Shown here piece by piece: positions 10,643 to 19,387 of a DNA stretch of 64,000 nucleotides. The notes below the pieces were generated by a model. It searched no databases, had not been told where the DNA came from, and worked only from the letters and a program-made list of their open reading frames with translations. A program made the translations under genes and the position numbers. The number at the start of each line of letters is the position of its first letter. Position 1 is the stretch's first letter. The stretch is from a virus (Duplodnaviria; Caudoviricetes): positions 1 through 64,000 of IMG/VR virus record IMGVR_UViG_3300032306_000439. One strand, 5' to 3'.

Positions 10643-13177
10643 TCACTGCATGTAGCCAGTTCCAGGGGCCTCATTAGTGTAAAAATCACCGAACCCAGCT
10701 CCGACACCGGCCAGAGTGTGCTGGTTTAGTCTGATTATGAGCTCCCCAAGGCCACGGAACACTAGGAGAAGCTTGTTGTCCAGAGCTTGGTAGGCCTCTT
10801 GGCCAATCTCCTGCTTCAGGTCCGGGGCCTTTACTTTCATGGCTATTACTATTCTGCCAAGAGAGTCTAGGGACTTCTGAAGCGAAGGTAGGTAGCTAGC
10901 CACTAGCTCAGTCAAGGCCGGGGACTGCAACAAGGTGGCTACTGAAGCCACGTCAAATACTCCCTGGTGCTGTAGATCAGCTGCAGCGTTCAGGAACTGT
11001 GGATTTATAGGCTGGTCTACAGGCATCCCAGTGTTGGGATCTACCTGCGGGGGAGCCCCGGGAGGAGGAGCCCCTGGAACAGCTCCTGGCTGCACGGGCA
11101 TGCCCGTGGCCGGGTCTATAGGCATCCCAGTAGATGGGTCCACGGGCATACCAGTGGCGGGGTCTATGGGCATACCCGTGGCAGGATCAACCTGCGGGGC
11201 CTGCCCCTGGGCCGGTGCAGCCTGGCCCTGGGGAGCCTGAGCCGGCATCCCAGTAGCGGGGTCTATGGGCATTCCCGTAGCGGGATCGAACGGCATGCCC
11301 GAAGCAGGATCTATTGGGTAGCCCGTAGCCGGATCCACCTGCGGAGCCTGCCCTTGGGCTGGAGGTGCAGGAGGCGCGGCCTGTGACGGATCTGCAGGAG
11401 GTGCCGCCTGCCCTCCCATCATGTTCTGCATCTGCATAAACATAGCAGGAGCCATCGCTCCGGCTATCTGAGCTACCATAGCAGGATCGGCCTCAGCCAC
11501 CTTCGTGAAGATGCGGCCAAGTCTTGGCAGATTGCGAGAGTTTATTACGAAAGCCCGCTTGGTCCTGTGAGCAGGGACCTTAGAGACAAACGACAAGCTG
11601 GCCTCTGCCTCAATACCCATTGAGGCTAGCTTCTGTACAGCCTCCTTCTTAGAGTACCCGGAGTCGCCATTTACGGCGTAGTCACCTGCACCACAGTTCT
11701 TTACTGATACAAGGGCATGGGACAGCTTGGCTATGCCGCTGTTTACAAGAGCCATAACTGACGTAGCATCCGTCATAATGGTCTCTGGCCTGATGTACTC
11801 ACCACAGGGTATTGAGGTGAACGACTTCGGCAGGAATACAGTGCTGCTTCCTGGAGGGGAGTGCGGCCTGTTAACTCCAGCTTTGTCCGAGACAATAACT
11901 CCAGCCAGTACTGGCTTGCCGGACGAATCAGTATCCCACTCGTCCGTAACGTCCCCTCTCATGGTACCTGGAGACGGGCTGGCTACGTTGTCCGCAGAGA
12001 AGGGAAGAATGCCCCTCCACACGTCCTTGGTGGAGACTAGGATCTGCTTGCCGTTTCTTAGGCTGACCTTTGTCCTGCCGTCTAGCGCTCTTCTCAGAAC
12101 TCCGTCAGGAAGTGGATCGCTAGTGTGTACGGCTATAACCTTATCTAGAATCGTGTAGTTACCATTGGGGAACACTACAAGAAACTTAGATGGCGACTTT
12201 ACAGGACCGGCCTGGTAGTAGGAGCTCTCGCTGGCCTGGCCCTGGTACGAATGAACCGGCTTAGACAGCTTGTGTATGTCAGTGGGGTCAGAGAATACCG
12301 CTACTACGCTTACCTGGCCCTTGCTGTCTATTATCTTATATAGACCGCTGGATGCTATCTCGTGATAGGTAGTCGGAGTCTCTGCGTCTACAGGTATGGA
12401 CAGCTCAGCGGCCTTTCGGAAGTCCCGAACAACAGCTCCGTGTCTGGCAGCGTACTGAAACGCGCTGGTCCCCATGCCACCAAAGGCCAGCTTAAATCTA
12501 TCTGCCGAATCAGTGGAGTCAAGCACGAAATACTTGGGCTGCGGTGCGGCTGCTACCTTCTCAGCTCTGGGCTGGAGTGATTCAACAATGCGGTTACCGT
12601 GGAGCTTTACAGCAGCCTTGAAGCTCTTTGGGTTGTCCTTTAGGTACTTGGCAAAAGCCTTTTTGACCCTATTAGGCACCTCGTTTAAAAACTCAGGCAG
12701 GTCTATGTTGGCGCTGGCGTACGTAACCTTACCCGTTACTGGAGGCACGGTTATATTGGTAACGTCCAACCCCTCACCAAGGGTGCTAGGAATTTTCCCA
12801 GGTCCGCCAAGCCTAGAGGTGTCCTCTTTCTGTATCTCGTCAACCCAGTCATTGCTAAGCGGCAAGAAGCTGTCTAGATCCTTGCTGTAGAAGACTTCAG
12901 GGGGCTCTACTGAGTTCTCATTGAGAACCACAGGCACGTATATGAACGAGTTGCCCGCTTGGACTATGAACGTACCCTGAGCGCTGCCCTTGTCTATGTC
13001 AGACGTAAGTATCTTGAAGGTTACTATGCCGTCTATCAGACGAGGCACCTTATTAGAAAAAGCTGAGTAGGCCAGATTTGAGAACATGCGCTCAAAGGTG
13101 ACCTGCTCCGACGCGGGATCTCCGCCAGAAGACATGAACGCGTTGGTTCTAGGGGATACTGCGGCGAGCTTTCTCAT
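10643..13177 (-). CDS. Large head/core protein with Pro-rich DPATGMP repeats
   Basis: 844 aa; several K-x-A motifs; about 10 DPxxGxP repeats near the C-terminus. Confidence 0.75.
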   Translation of the reverse strand: MRKLAAVSPRTNAFMSSGGDPASEQVTFERMFSNLAYSAFSNKVPRLIDGIVTFKILTSDIDKGSAQGTFIVQAGNSFIYVPVVLNENSVEPPEVFYSKDLDSFLPLSNDWVDEIQKEDTSRLGGPGKIPSTLGEGLDVTNITVPPVTGKVTYASANIDLPEFLNEVPNRVKKAFAKYLKDNPKSFKAAVKLHGNRIVESLQPRAEKVAAAPQPKYFVLDSTDSADRFKLAFGGMGTSAFQYAARHGAVVRDFRKAAELSIPVDAETPTTYHEIASSGLYKIIDSKGQVSVVAVFSDPTDIHKLSKPVHSYQGQASESSYYQAGPVKSPSKFLVVFPNGNYTILDKVIAVHTSDPLPDGVLRRALDGRTKVSLRNGKQILVSTKDVWRGILPFSADNVASPSPGTMRGDVTDEWDTDSSGKPVLAGVIVSDKAGVNRPHSPPGSSTVFLPKSFTSIPCGEYIRPETIMTDATSVMALVNSGIAKLSHALVSVKNCGAGDYAVNGDSGYSKKEAVQKLASMGIEAEASLSFVSKVPAHRTKRAFVINSRNLPRLGRIFTKVAEADPAMVAQIAGAMAPAMFMQMQNMMGGQAAPPADPSQAAPPAPPAQGQAPQVDPATGYPIDPASGMPFDPATGMPIDPATGMPAQAPQGQAAPAQGQAPQVDPATGMPIDPATGMPVDPSTGMPIDPATGMPVQPGAVPGAPPPGAPPQVDPNTGMPVDQPINPQFLNAAADLQHQGVFDVASVATLLQSPALTELVASYLPSLQKSLDSLGRIVIAMKVKAPDLKQEIGQEAYQALDNKLLLVFRGLGELIIRLNQHTLAGVGAGFGDFYTNEAPGTGYMQ

Positions 13178-13794
13178 TTTTTATTTTTCCTAGGCTTATC
13201 CAGCTGTTCATTTATCTTCAGGGCACCTAAGTAAGCCCCGGCTCCGGCGAGGTCATGCAAAGCATGGCTACCAAAAGCAGGAAGAAGGGTCTTCAAGCTC
13301 TCAACTTGGTCCGGGCTGTCCATTACAACATTAGCGCTCGCCCTAGCTTCTTCCCATAGGTTAGGCGCTGCCGCTACTGTAGAAAGACCAAGAAGTGTCT
13401 TGTATACTAGCCTCTTCTTCTCCGGATCCTCTATGGTGTTACCCAAGGCTACTATAGCCGGAAGAGCGAATGTGTTGTTAAGCTTAACTGCAGTCTGACT
13501 TACGGCCAGAAGTTTTTTATATAAAGGAGACGCGCCTCTCAGAGAGGCTGCATGCTCCATCTCGTGAGCCAGTACGTCTGGGTCTCGAGATCTGACGTGT
13601 ATCACGTCGTTTATATAATCGTAAGCATCCCTATTAGAGCGGTTTACTCTAACGTTGGCTATTTCAGGATACTTCTTTACTAGGTCTTTAACTCTAGAGG
13701 ATATCTGAGATTGTCTAACAGACTCCTCAGACGGCCCGTAGGCAGACTGAACTCCGGAGATCGAAACTAGATCTTTAAACCGAAGTGGAAGCAC
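13174..13794 (-). CDS. Putative zinc metallopeptidase (HExxH)
   Basis: LAHEMEHA, hydrophobic helices, downstream EEARAS third-ligand-type motif. Confidence 0.6.
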   Translation of the reverse strand: MLPLRFKDLVSISGVQSAYGPSEESVRQSQISSRVKDLVKKYPEIANVRVNRSNRDAYDYINDVIHVRSRDPDVLAHEMEHAASLRGASPLYKKLLAVSQTAVKLNNTFALPAIVALGNTIEDPEKKRLVYKTLLGLSTVAAAPNLWEEARASANVVMDSPDQVESLKTLLPAFGSHALHDLAGAGAYLGALKINEQLDKPRKNKK

Positions 13795-13803
13795 ATGCCA
13801 GTC

Positions 13804-14985
13804 TTAGCGGCCAAGGCCTAGGCGACGGAGAATAGCAGCGGCTGACTTCTCCTCTTCCTTGGGCTCCTCTTCGCTATCTGACTCCTCGCTCTCAGAAGCC
13901 TCCATTGAGCCCTCTGACTCGTCCATCTCTTCCTCTGACTCAGCGGAGGCTTCCTCTGCGGCCTTGTAGAGTCTTCTCAGGTACGAGGCTCTCTCGTTGT
14001 TGTTCATTCCCATCATGGTGCGGATAGCCGCTACCTTGGTCCTGTTGGGAATGTGCCTGGGAAGGTAGTTACCTACCTCGGCGGCCGTCTTCCTGAATAG
14101 GTACTCGAATGCGACCTTGGTCTCTGCGCCGATCTGGGCAGCGGGATCGGTGTCGATGTTGGGCGTCGAGTCAGCCGCATAGTCGCTAGGACGCTTGGAC
14201 GCCTCTTCGTCTCCCTCTTCCGTAACGCCCGAGATGCCATCGACCGTATTGACGAATCCCGTGCCGCCGCCCGTCTGACCGATGTCAGACTCAGCGAGCT
14301 TCCTCAGGAGTCTAGCAGCCGTGCGAGTGTCGAGGTTGACTGAAGCCGACTTGCCGGGACCTGAGAAGGTTGCGAACGAGTCAATGCTCGTAGGTGCGCC
14401 TGGGTGAGGCATCTCTGCGCCAACCAGGACCGAGGGGTCCAGCTGCATTGCAGGGGCCATGTTTGCGTACGACCCTGGACGCTTCATTGCCTCAAGAGCG
14501 CCTTCCTCGGTCAGCTCTGAAGCGGCTCCATCAATGCTGGTGCTCATTCCGACAGCCGCGCCCGTGAGGTCGCTCTCAGCCATCTTCCTGTAGTAAGCGC
14601 GCTTCTGGAGCTGGCGGAAAGCTGCCGCCTTCTGCTCGAGCTCCTGCGCAGCCATACCAAGGGCGGCAGGATCCGCTGCGGGTAGGCCCTGCTGGAGTGA
14701 GTGAACCGCCTGAGCAGCCTCCTGAGCTAGGTTAGACTGGTTGGCAGCGGCTACAGCCGTCTCACCGGCGGCCTGGCTGAGCTCAACTAGCTTTGCAGCC
14801 ACGTCTGAAGTTACGCTCTCGGGGACAGCAGCCTCCTCTGGCTGAACTGCATCGGGCATCTCGGCAGCAGCCTCAGCAGCAGCCGCATCCGCCATCGCCT
14901 CGTTTGCGTACTTATGTATGGCGCCAGCCTGCACCAGAGCATGCTGAACACCGCGAGCGTAAGCTACCTTGAAGATCATTGACAT
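13804..14985 (-). CDS. Acidic Ala-rich head/core protein
   Basis: 393 aa; internal duplication (KxAESD...TEEG...KRPxxYA); many K-x-A motifs; AGGAG RBS. Confidence 0.75.
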   Translation of the reverse strand: MSMIFKVAYARGVQHALVQAGAIHKYANEAMADAAAAEAAAEMPDAVQPEEAAVPESVTSDVAAKLVELSQAAGETAVAAANQSNLAQEAAQAVHSLQQGLPAADPAALGMAAQELEQKAAAFRQLQKRAYYRKMAESDLTGAAVGMSTSIDGAASELTEEGALEAMKRPGSYANMAPAMQLDPSVLVGAEMPHPGAPTSIDSFATFSGPGKSASVNLDTRTAARLLRKLAESDIGQTGGGTGFVNTVDGISGVTEEGDEEASKRPSDYAADSTPNIDTDPAAQIGAETKVAFEYLFRKTAAEVGNYLPRHIPNRTKVAAIRTMMGMNNNERASYLRRLYKAAEEASAESEEEMDESEGSMEASESEESDSEEEPKEEEKSAAAILRRLGLGR

Positions 14986-15027
14986 TACTGACTCCTAGTG
15001 AATCGGTTAAATAATGGGTTGTTAGTA

Positions 15028-15801
15028 TTATTGTGGCAAGTAAATTTCTGGCTCAGGTGCCCCAAAACTTGCGGTATCTGGAGTTACACCAAGGTATCCT
15101 TGCAGATGCTTAGCTCCCTGTGCCGCTTTATTAGCGGCAAGACCTTTGCCGGCTATTATTACCTGCTTTTGTAGGTCTCTCTTAATATCTTCATCATCCC
15201 TCTTACTCAGCAGCCCTGCTAAGGCAGTGCCCGCAGCTCCTCCTCCCATGGCCCCTACTATACCAAAGGGGGCCCCCAGAGCCTGTCCTATAGTACTTAG
15301 GCCTTCGGAGGCTACGTCTCCTCCTGAGGCGTCCCCTCTTAGTGCCGCTGCAGCTGTCATAAGTGGCAAGCCTGCTGTGAATCCTACGTTCATCAGGCCT
15401 GTTCCACCTTCCAGAGCTATATTAGAAACGTTCTTAAGAGACCTGTCCCCTGCCTTAAACTTCTTTATGCTCTCAAACAGGGCAGGATCAAAGGCCATAT
15501 CCCCGTGCAGCACACCGCCCTTTCCAAACAGTCCTCCCTGCTGAAGTCTGGCCTTAAGAATGGCTCCTCTGTTAGGGCCTTCTCCAAATAGATTTCTGAA
15601 TATGCCCTGACCCATTCCCCCCTGCGTTAAATAGGGCTGGGTCTTTGCGTAGCCTGTGTCCGTTATGACGTGGCGTATTTTAGCCATCTCTTTGGCAGGT
15701 ATGTACTTACGCCCTACCAAAAGAGCTCTGACAGCGTCAGATACCATTCCAGCTTTTTTAATTCGCACCTTGGGCAAGGGTGCTAGGGCGGCTGCATTCA
15801 T
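15028..15801 (-). CDS. Gly-rich virion (ejection-like) protein
   Basis: 257 aa with glycine-zipper-like hydrophobic segments. Confidence 0.65.
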   Translation of the reverse strand: MNAAALAPLPKVRIKKAGMVSDAVRALLVGRKYIPAKEMAKIRHVITDTGYAKTQPYLTQGGMGQGIFRNLFGEGPNRGAILKARLQQGGLFGKGGVLHGDMAFDPALFESIKKFKAGDRSLKNVSNIALEGGTGLMNVGFTAGLPLMTAAAALRGDASGGDVASEGLSTIGQALGAPFGIVGAMGGGAAGTALAGLLSKRDDEDIKRDLQKQVIIAGKGLAANKAAQGAKHLQGYLGVTPDTASFGAPEPEIYLPQ

Positions 15802-15803
15802 GT

Positions 15804-17579
15804 TCAGTATGTCCCCCTAGGTCCTTTTCTGAGCTCTTTACCAAAGGCTATGGCGGTATAAGGGGTGTGTCCATGAAGGTTCGACTGTTCACCGTACTGG
15901 ACCGCATCCAGAAGAGTATCCTTTTGATACCTGTGGGACAACCTCTCCATCCAGTCAGGATTAAGAAGGGGAGTTCTTGACGCAGGAGCCATGACAGCCT
16001 CGACGTCTACGTCGTCCTCCGTTATCTTCACCCTCTTTAAGCCGGCAGTTTTAAAATCCTGCAGCATACTCTGAGTTATTCTAGTGCCAGGCAAGTGGTG
16101 TAGAATCGGCTCCGCCAGAGTCTTTCCAAGAGATCCAGACAGAGAAGTGTCTTTTGAGTCCGCTATGGCTGTTTGGATAAACTTGTTGTATGGGACTATC
16201 TCGCCGGGCAAGAAGTCACCTATGGAGCTATTAACCTTTACAAAGTTCAGCTGGCTCTTGGCCAAGGTCTCAAAGTGACGAGGGTCCATGTCAGTACCCT
16301 GCATCTCATAGACCTTCTTGTAGGAGTCCACTAGGTATTTTCTTCCCGCTCCAAGTCCTTTGTATTGGACTATCTCAGCCGGATTAGGAACCCCAGTTGA
16401 CACTCGGTCACCGGCCTCTACCTTATCTCCCTTGCCTACTGCCACCTTTTTTGTCGGCGGTACATAGTGGGAGGTATTACCTACGTACACATGATGGCCT
16501 CCCTGCGGGGCCGCCTCTATTTTGTCTACAACTCCATTGGTCTTGGCCAAAGTAGCTCTTCCCAAGAAGCTCGTAGGAACTTCTAAGAACTGTCTAACGG
16601 CCTTCAGACCCTCTGGACTATCGTCGTCGCCTCCTGATACTAGGCTGACTCCGTGCTTGGAGCTAAGGGCCATCTGGGTCAGGGGCTCGCCCAGGGCTTG
16701 GGAAGACCTAATCCCTACGTTCTGGCCTATCTCCGGCACCCTCCCAGTAGACTCAGTACCACGGCACTTCTGACATATGCCGCTGGACTCTTCACAGGTC
16801 ATCGGAGACCGGACCTTTATCTGGCCCTTCTTTTTTACCAGATCTGACTGCCTGCGAGAGTCTACTAACTGGTTATTACCTGCCAAGAAACGTCCAAGCA
16901 CGCCAGGATCCCCCGGGTCCATCATGATGCCGTTCTTAGTCCGGCAATCAGTGTTGCTGATAACCTGGCCCGACATCATGGTAGCCATGATCTTGCCAAG
17001 CTCTCCTGGATCGGCAGTACCTAGCTGGCCTTTAATAACCTGGCTACGGCTCTCGTCTCCGGCTATCCAAGCTTCTGCTGGCGATAAACCCTGAGAGTAG
17101 CTGCGCTCTACGAAGAAAGGTATGGGCTTGCCCTTGTAGTCTCCGATAACAACAGGGGACGTAATAGTCTTCATTAGCTGTGCGGCGTTACCTCTACCGC
17201 CAGAGTTGGCAAGAGTTGCCAGGTCGCCCGGGTGTTTCTTTGAAGCGTCTAGGAGCTTGGCCTGTGTGTCAATAAGGATGTTGTTGATATCTTTATCTGA
17301 CTTGGCCTTCTTAAGAGCGTTCTTCGCTGAATTTATTATGGGATCTCTAACGCCGTACTCGGGCGCGATGTCGTCAAGGCCGACAGAGAATCCCTCATAG
17401 GTAGCTATTGAGTCCCCTATCTTCTTAAGCTTAGGGACGTTCTTAGCATATCCTTCAGGGTCGTTTCTGGCGTAAGTTACCAGAGCCTTCCTGAGAGACT
17501 TCTTATTGACTACCCCTTCTATCTGATTGTCTTTAGGGAGTAGAGAATTTATTAGAACGTGGCCCAGAGTACCTTCCAC
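15804..17579 (-). CDS. rpoC: RNA polymerase beta' subunit, C-terminal half
   Basis: SGGRGN, SYSQGLS...TADPGEL (bridge helix), VRSPMTC...GICQKCRG (Zn site), GIRSSQALGEPLTQMALSSKH (trigger loop). Start reassigned to GTG 17579 after AAGAGGG. Confidence 0.9.
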   Translation of the reverse strand: MEGTLGHVLINSLLPKDNQIEGVVNKKSLRKALVTYARNDPEGYAKNVPKLKKIGDSIATYEGFSVGLDDIAPEYGVRDPIINSAKNALKKAKSDKDINNILIDTQAKLLDASKKHPGDLATLANSGGRGNAAQLMKTITSPVVIGDYKGKPIPFFVERSYSQGLSPAEAWIAGDESRSQVIKGQLGTADPGELGKIMATMMSGQVISNTDCRTKNGIMMDPGDPGVLGRFLAGNNQLVDSRRQSDLVKKKGQIKVRSPMTCEESSGICQKCRGTESTGRVPEIGQNVGIRSSQALGEPLTQMALSSKHGVSLVSGGDDDSPEGLKAVRQFLEVPTSFLGRATLAKTNGVVDKIEAAPQGGHHVYVGNTSHYVPPTKKVAVGKGDKVEAGDRVSTGVPNPAEIVQYKGLGAGRKYLVDSYKKVYEMQGTDMDPRHFETLAKSQLNFVKVNSSIGDFLPGEIVPYNKFIQTAIADSKDTSLSGSLGKTLAEPILHHLPGTRITQSMLQDFKTAGLKRVKITEDDVDVEAVMAPASRTPLLNPDWMERLSHRYQKDTLLDAVQYGEQSNLHGHTPYTAIAFGKELRKGPRGTY

Positions 17580-17580
17580 G

Positions 17581-17868
17581 TCACCCTCTTTGCGCCAAGC
17601 TATTAGCCAAGAAGTGGGACCCGGCTCCGCCAAGCGCGGACATCATGAGTTTGTTTTTACCGCCGAATCTCCATCCTAGACTGGCTCCAGTGCCAGTTAG
17701 AGCTCCTCGGAGAATTGGGGTGACCTGGTTGCCATCAAACTGGTCGTCTAGGATGTTAGAGTAGGCAGAGTCCATCATGGCACCTAGCATGGGGGCCCTC
17801 CAGAACGCTTCTTTAGTGAGGTCCTCTATAGCTTTAGAGGCTCCTAGCCTGTAGGCCACGTCTAACAT
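17581..17868 (-). CDS. Small Gly-rich virion protein (AYxxG leader family)
   Basis: MLDVAYRLG...KEAF N-terminus paralogous to the next genes. Confidence 0.7.
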   Translation of the reverse strand: MLDVAYRLGASKAIEDLTKEAFWRAPMLGAMMDSAYSNILDDQFDGNQVTPILRGALTGTGASLGWRFGGKNKLMMSALGGAGSHFLANSLAQRG

Positions 17869-17871
17869 ACA

Positions 17872-18588
17872 TCACCCCGCTGGATTAAAAATGTTTCTCT
17901 GGGAGATGCTTCCTAAGCCTCTTCCGAACCCAGTGCTATCGTACAAATCTGATGCCGCACTCTCTCCCATAGAAGTTCCATACATAAATCCTCCCAGCAT
18001 TCCACCAACCCCAATGGCGCCGGGAACCTTAGTAAGGGCATGCTGCCCGAAGCTGTGATTTACATTTACGGTGGGGGGCGGAGGAGGCTTAAACATCTTT
18101 CCAGCATTAGCTGGATCGGCTATGTGCTTTGCCCGCATCTCCTCCACCATTTTTCTGTACTTGGGGAGGGAGTTTGCTCCGTACTGGGAGTTTATCTTAC
18201 CGGCCCCAGACCAGATCTTTTTACCTATGCCAGTATTACCTATCCTAGAGCCAACTGCCCTGGTTATAGCGGGCAAAGCCTTGCTTGCCGCAGCGCCCAG
18301 AGCAGCCCCTCCCAGACCTCCGGCAACGCCGGTGGCAAATCCCTTTAGGCGGTCACCGGGCTCTGCCGTGGCGGCTCCTATTAGCCCTGACCCTAGGGGC
18401 ATGCCAACAAACTGGGACGTTCTACCGCCGAATCCCGCAAGCCAGCCTAGAGTTCTTAAGGCTTTGCTGCCTTGGTATATGCCTTTAAGGGCAGCAAAAA
18501 AAGCTTCCTTCTCCATCTCTGAAGAAGATAGCTTCTCGAATTCAGCAAGAGCCTGTCTCTTACCTATATCGTAGGCCCTATCTAGCAT
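17872..18588 (-). CDS. Gly-rich virion protein (AYxxG leader family)
   Basis: MLDRAYDIG...KEAF; glycine-zipper segments. Confidence 0.7.
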   Translation of the reverse strand: MLDRAYDIGKRQALAEFEKLSSSEMEKEAFFAALKGIYQGSKALRTLGWLAGFGGRTSQFVGMPLGSGLIGAATAEPGDRLKGFATGVAGGLGGAALGAAASKALPAITRAVGSRIGNTGIGKKIWSGAGKINSQYGANSLPKYRKMVEEMRAKHIADPANAGKMFKPPPPPTVNVNHSFGQHALTKVPGAIGVGGMLGGFMYGTSMGESAASDLYDSTGFGRGLGSISQRNIFNPAG

Positions 18589-18812
18589 CAGTAACCCACT
18601 GGCTTAGATAGGTCTATTTTAGACTGCCAACTTACTCCAGTACTGACGTCTCCGTCAGACCTGTTCATTGCGTCAGTCCTATCTATCTCTTCCGGTTCCT
18701 GAATAGAAGATATGGCTGCTACTAGGTTTGACACCTCTGCAGGATCTACAGGAACTCCGAGAGCCTCTTCCAGAGCCAACTTCACTCCGATGTCGTAGGC
18801 TCTCTTTAGCAT
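18588..18812 (-). CDS. Small protein (AYxxG leader family)
   Basis: MLKRAYDIGVKLAL. Confidence 0.7.
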   Translation of the reverse strand: MLKRAYDIGVKLALEEALGVPVDPAEVSNLVAAISSIQEPEEIDRTDAMNRSDGDVSTGVSWQSKIDLSKPVGY

Positions 18813-18815
18813 CTC

Positions 18816-19370
18816 TCAGGCCTTCTTGGGCTTAACCGCTCGAATTAAATCATATACCAAAGCAGATACTGGGCCAGAAGCAAATACAAAAAGAGCCTCT
18901 ATCCACGTACCGCCAGCTACTACAGCGCTAAGGAGGGCTACTACGCCACCGAGACCGGTCACCACAACGAAGCCCCAAGCCTTCTTGAACTCGTCTGAGG
19001 CGAACTTCTTAATGCCGAACATTAGCAACTGGACTAGCACTAGAGCAAAAGCCAGCCACTTGCCCGCCTTGAACAGGTCAACGAGGACAGTTACCTGGCC
19101 TACGGCCTGCTCTACCGTAGCGGGCTCAGCATGAACTGAAGCAGCCGCCGACACCGGGGCCGCTGAAGGAGTAACCGTAATCACCTGAGCGTCCGATACA
19201 GAGGCAACTACTGCGTCGCTTGCTGGTACGCCAGCGTCCGTGGCCGCTGAAACTACCGCAGGGGCCGAAGAAACGGCAGCAGGGGCCGAGGCGGGAACGG
19301 CGGCGTCTACTGATAGGAGAATCGTTGCGAGAAGGAGAACTGAATTCATGACAACCTCACTGTGGTTCAC
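18816..19370 (-). CDS. Membrane protein (signal peptide plus ~3 TM helices)
   Basis: Hydrophobic N-terminus, Ala/Ser/Pro linker, three hydrophobic segments, basic C-terminus; possibly holin-like; start may be the MNSV Met. Confidence 0.65.
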   Translation of the reverse strand: MNHSEVVMNSVLLLATILLSVDAAVPASAPAAVSSAPAVVSAATDAGVPASDAVVASVSDAQVITVTPSAAPVSAAASVHAEPATVEQAVGQVTVLVDLFKAGKWLAFALVLVQLLMFGIKKFASDEFKKAWGFVVVTGLGGVVALLSAVVAGGTWIEALFVFASGPVSALVYDLIRAVKPKKA

Positions 19371-19387
19371 TAAAATCTGGCCGAAGG

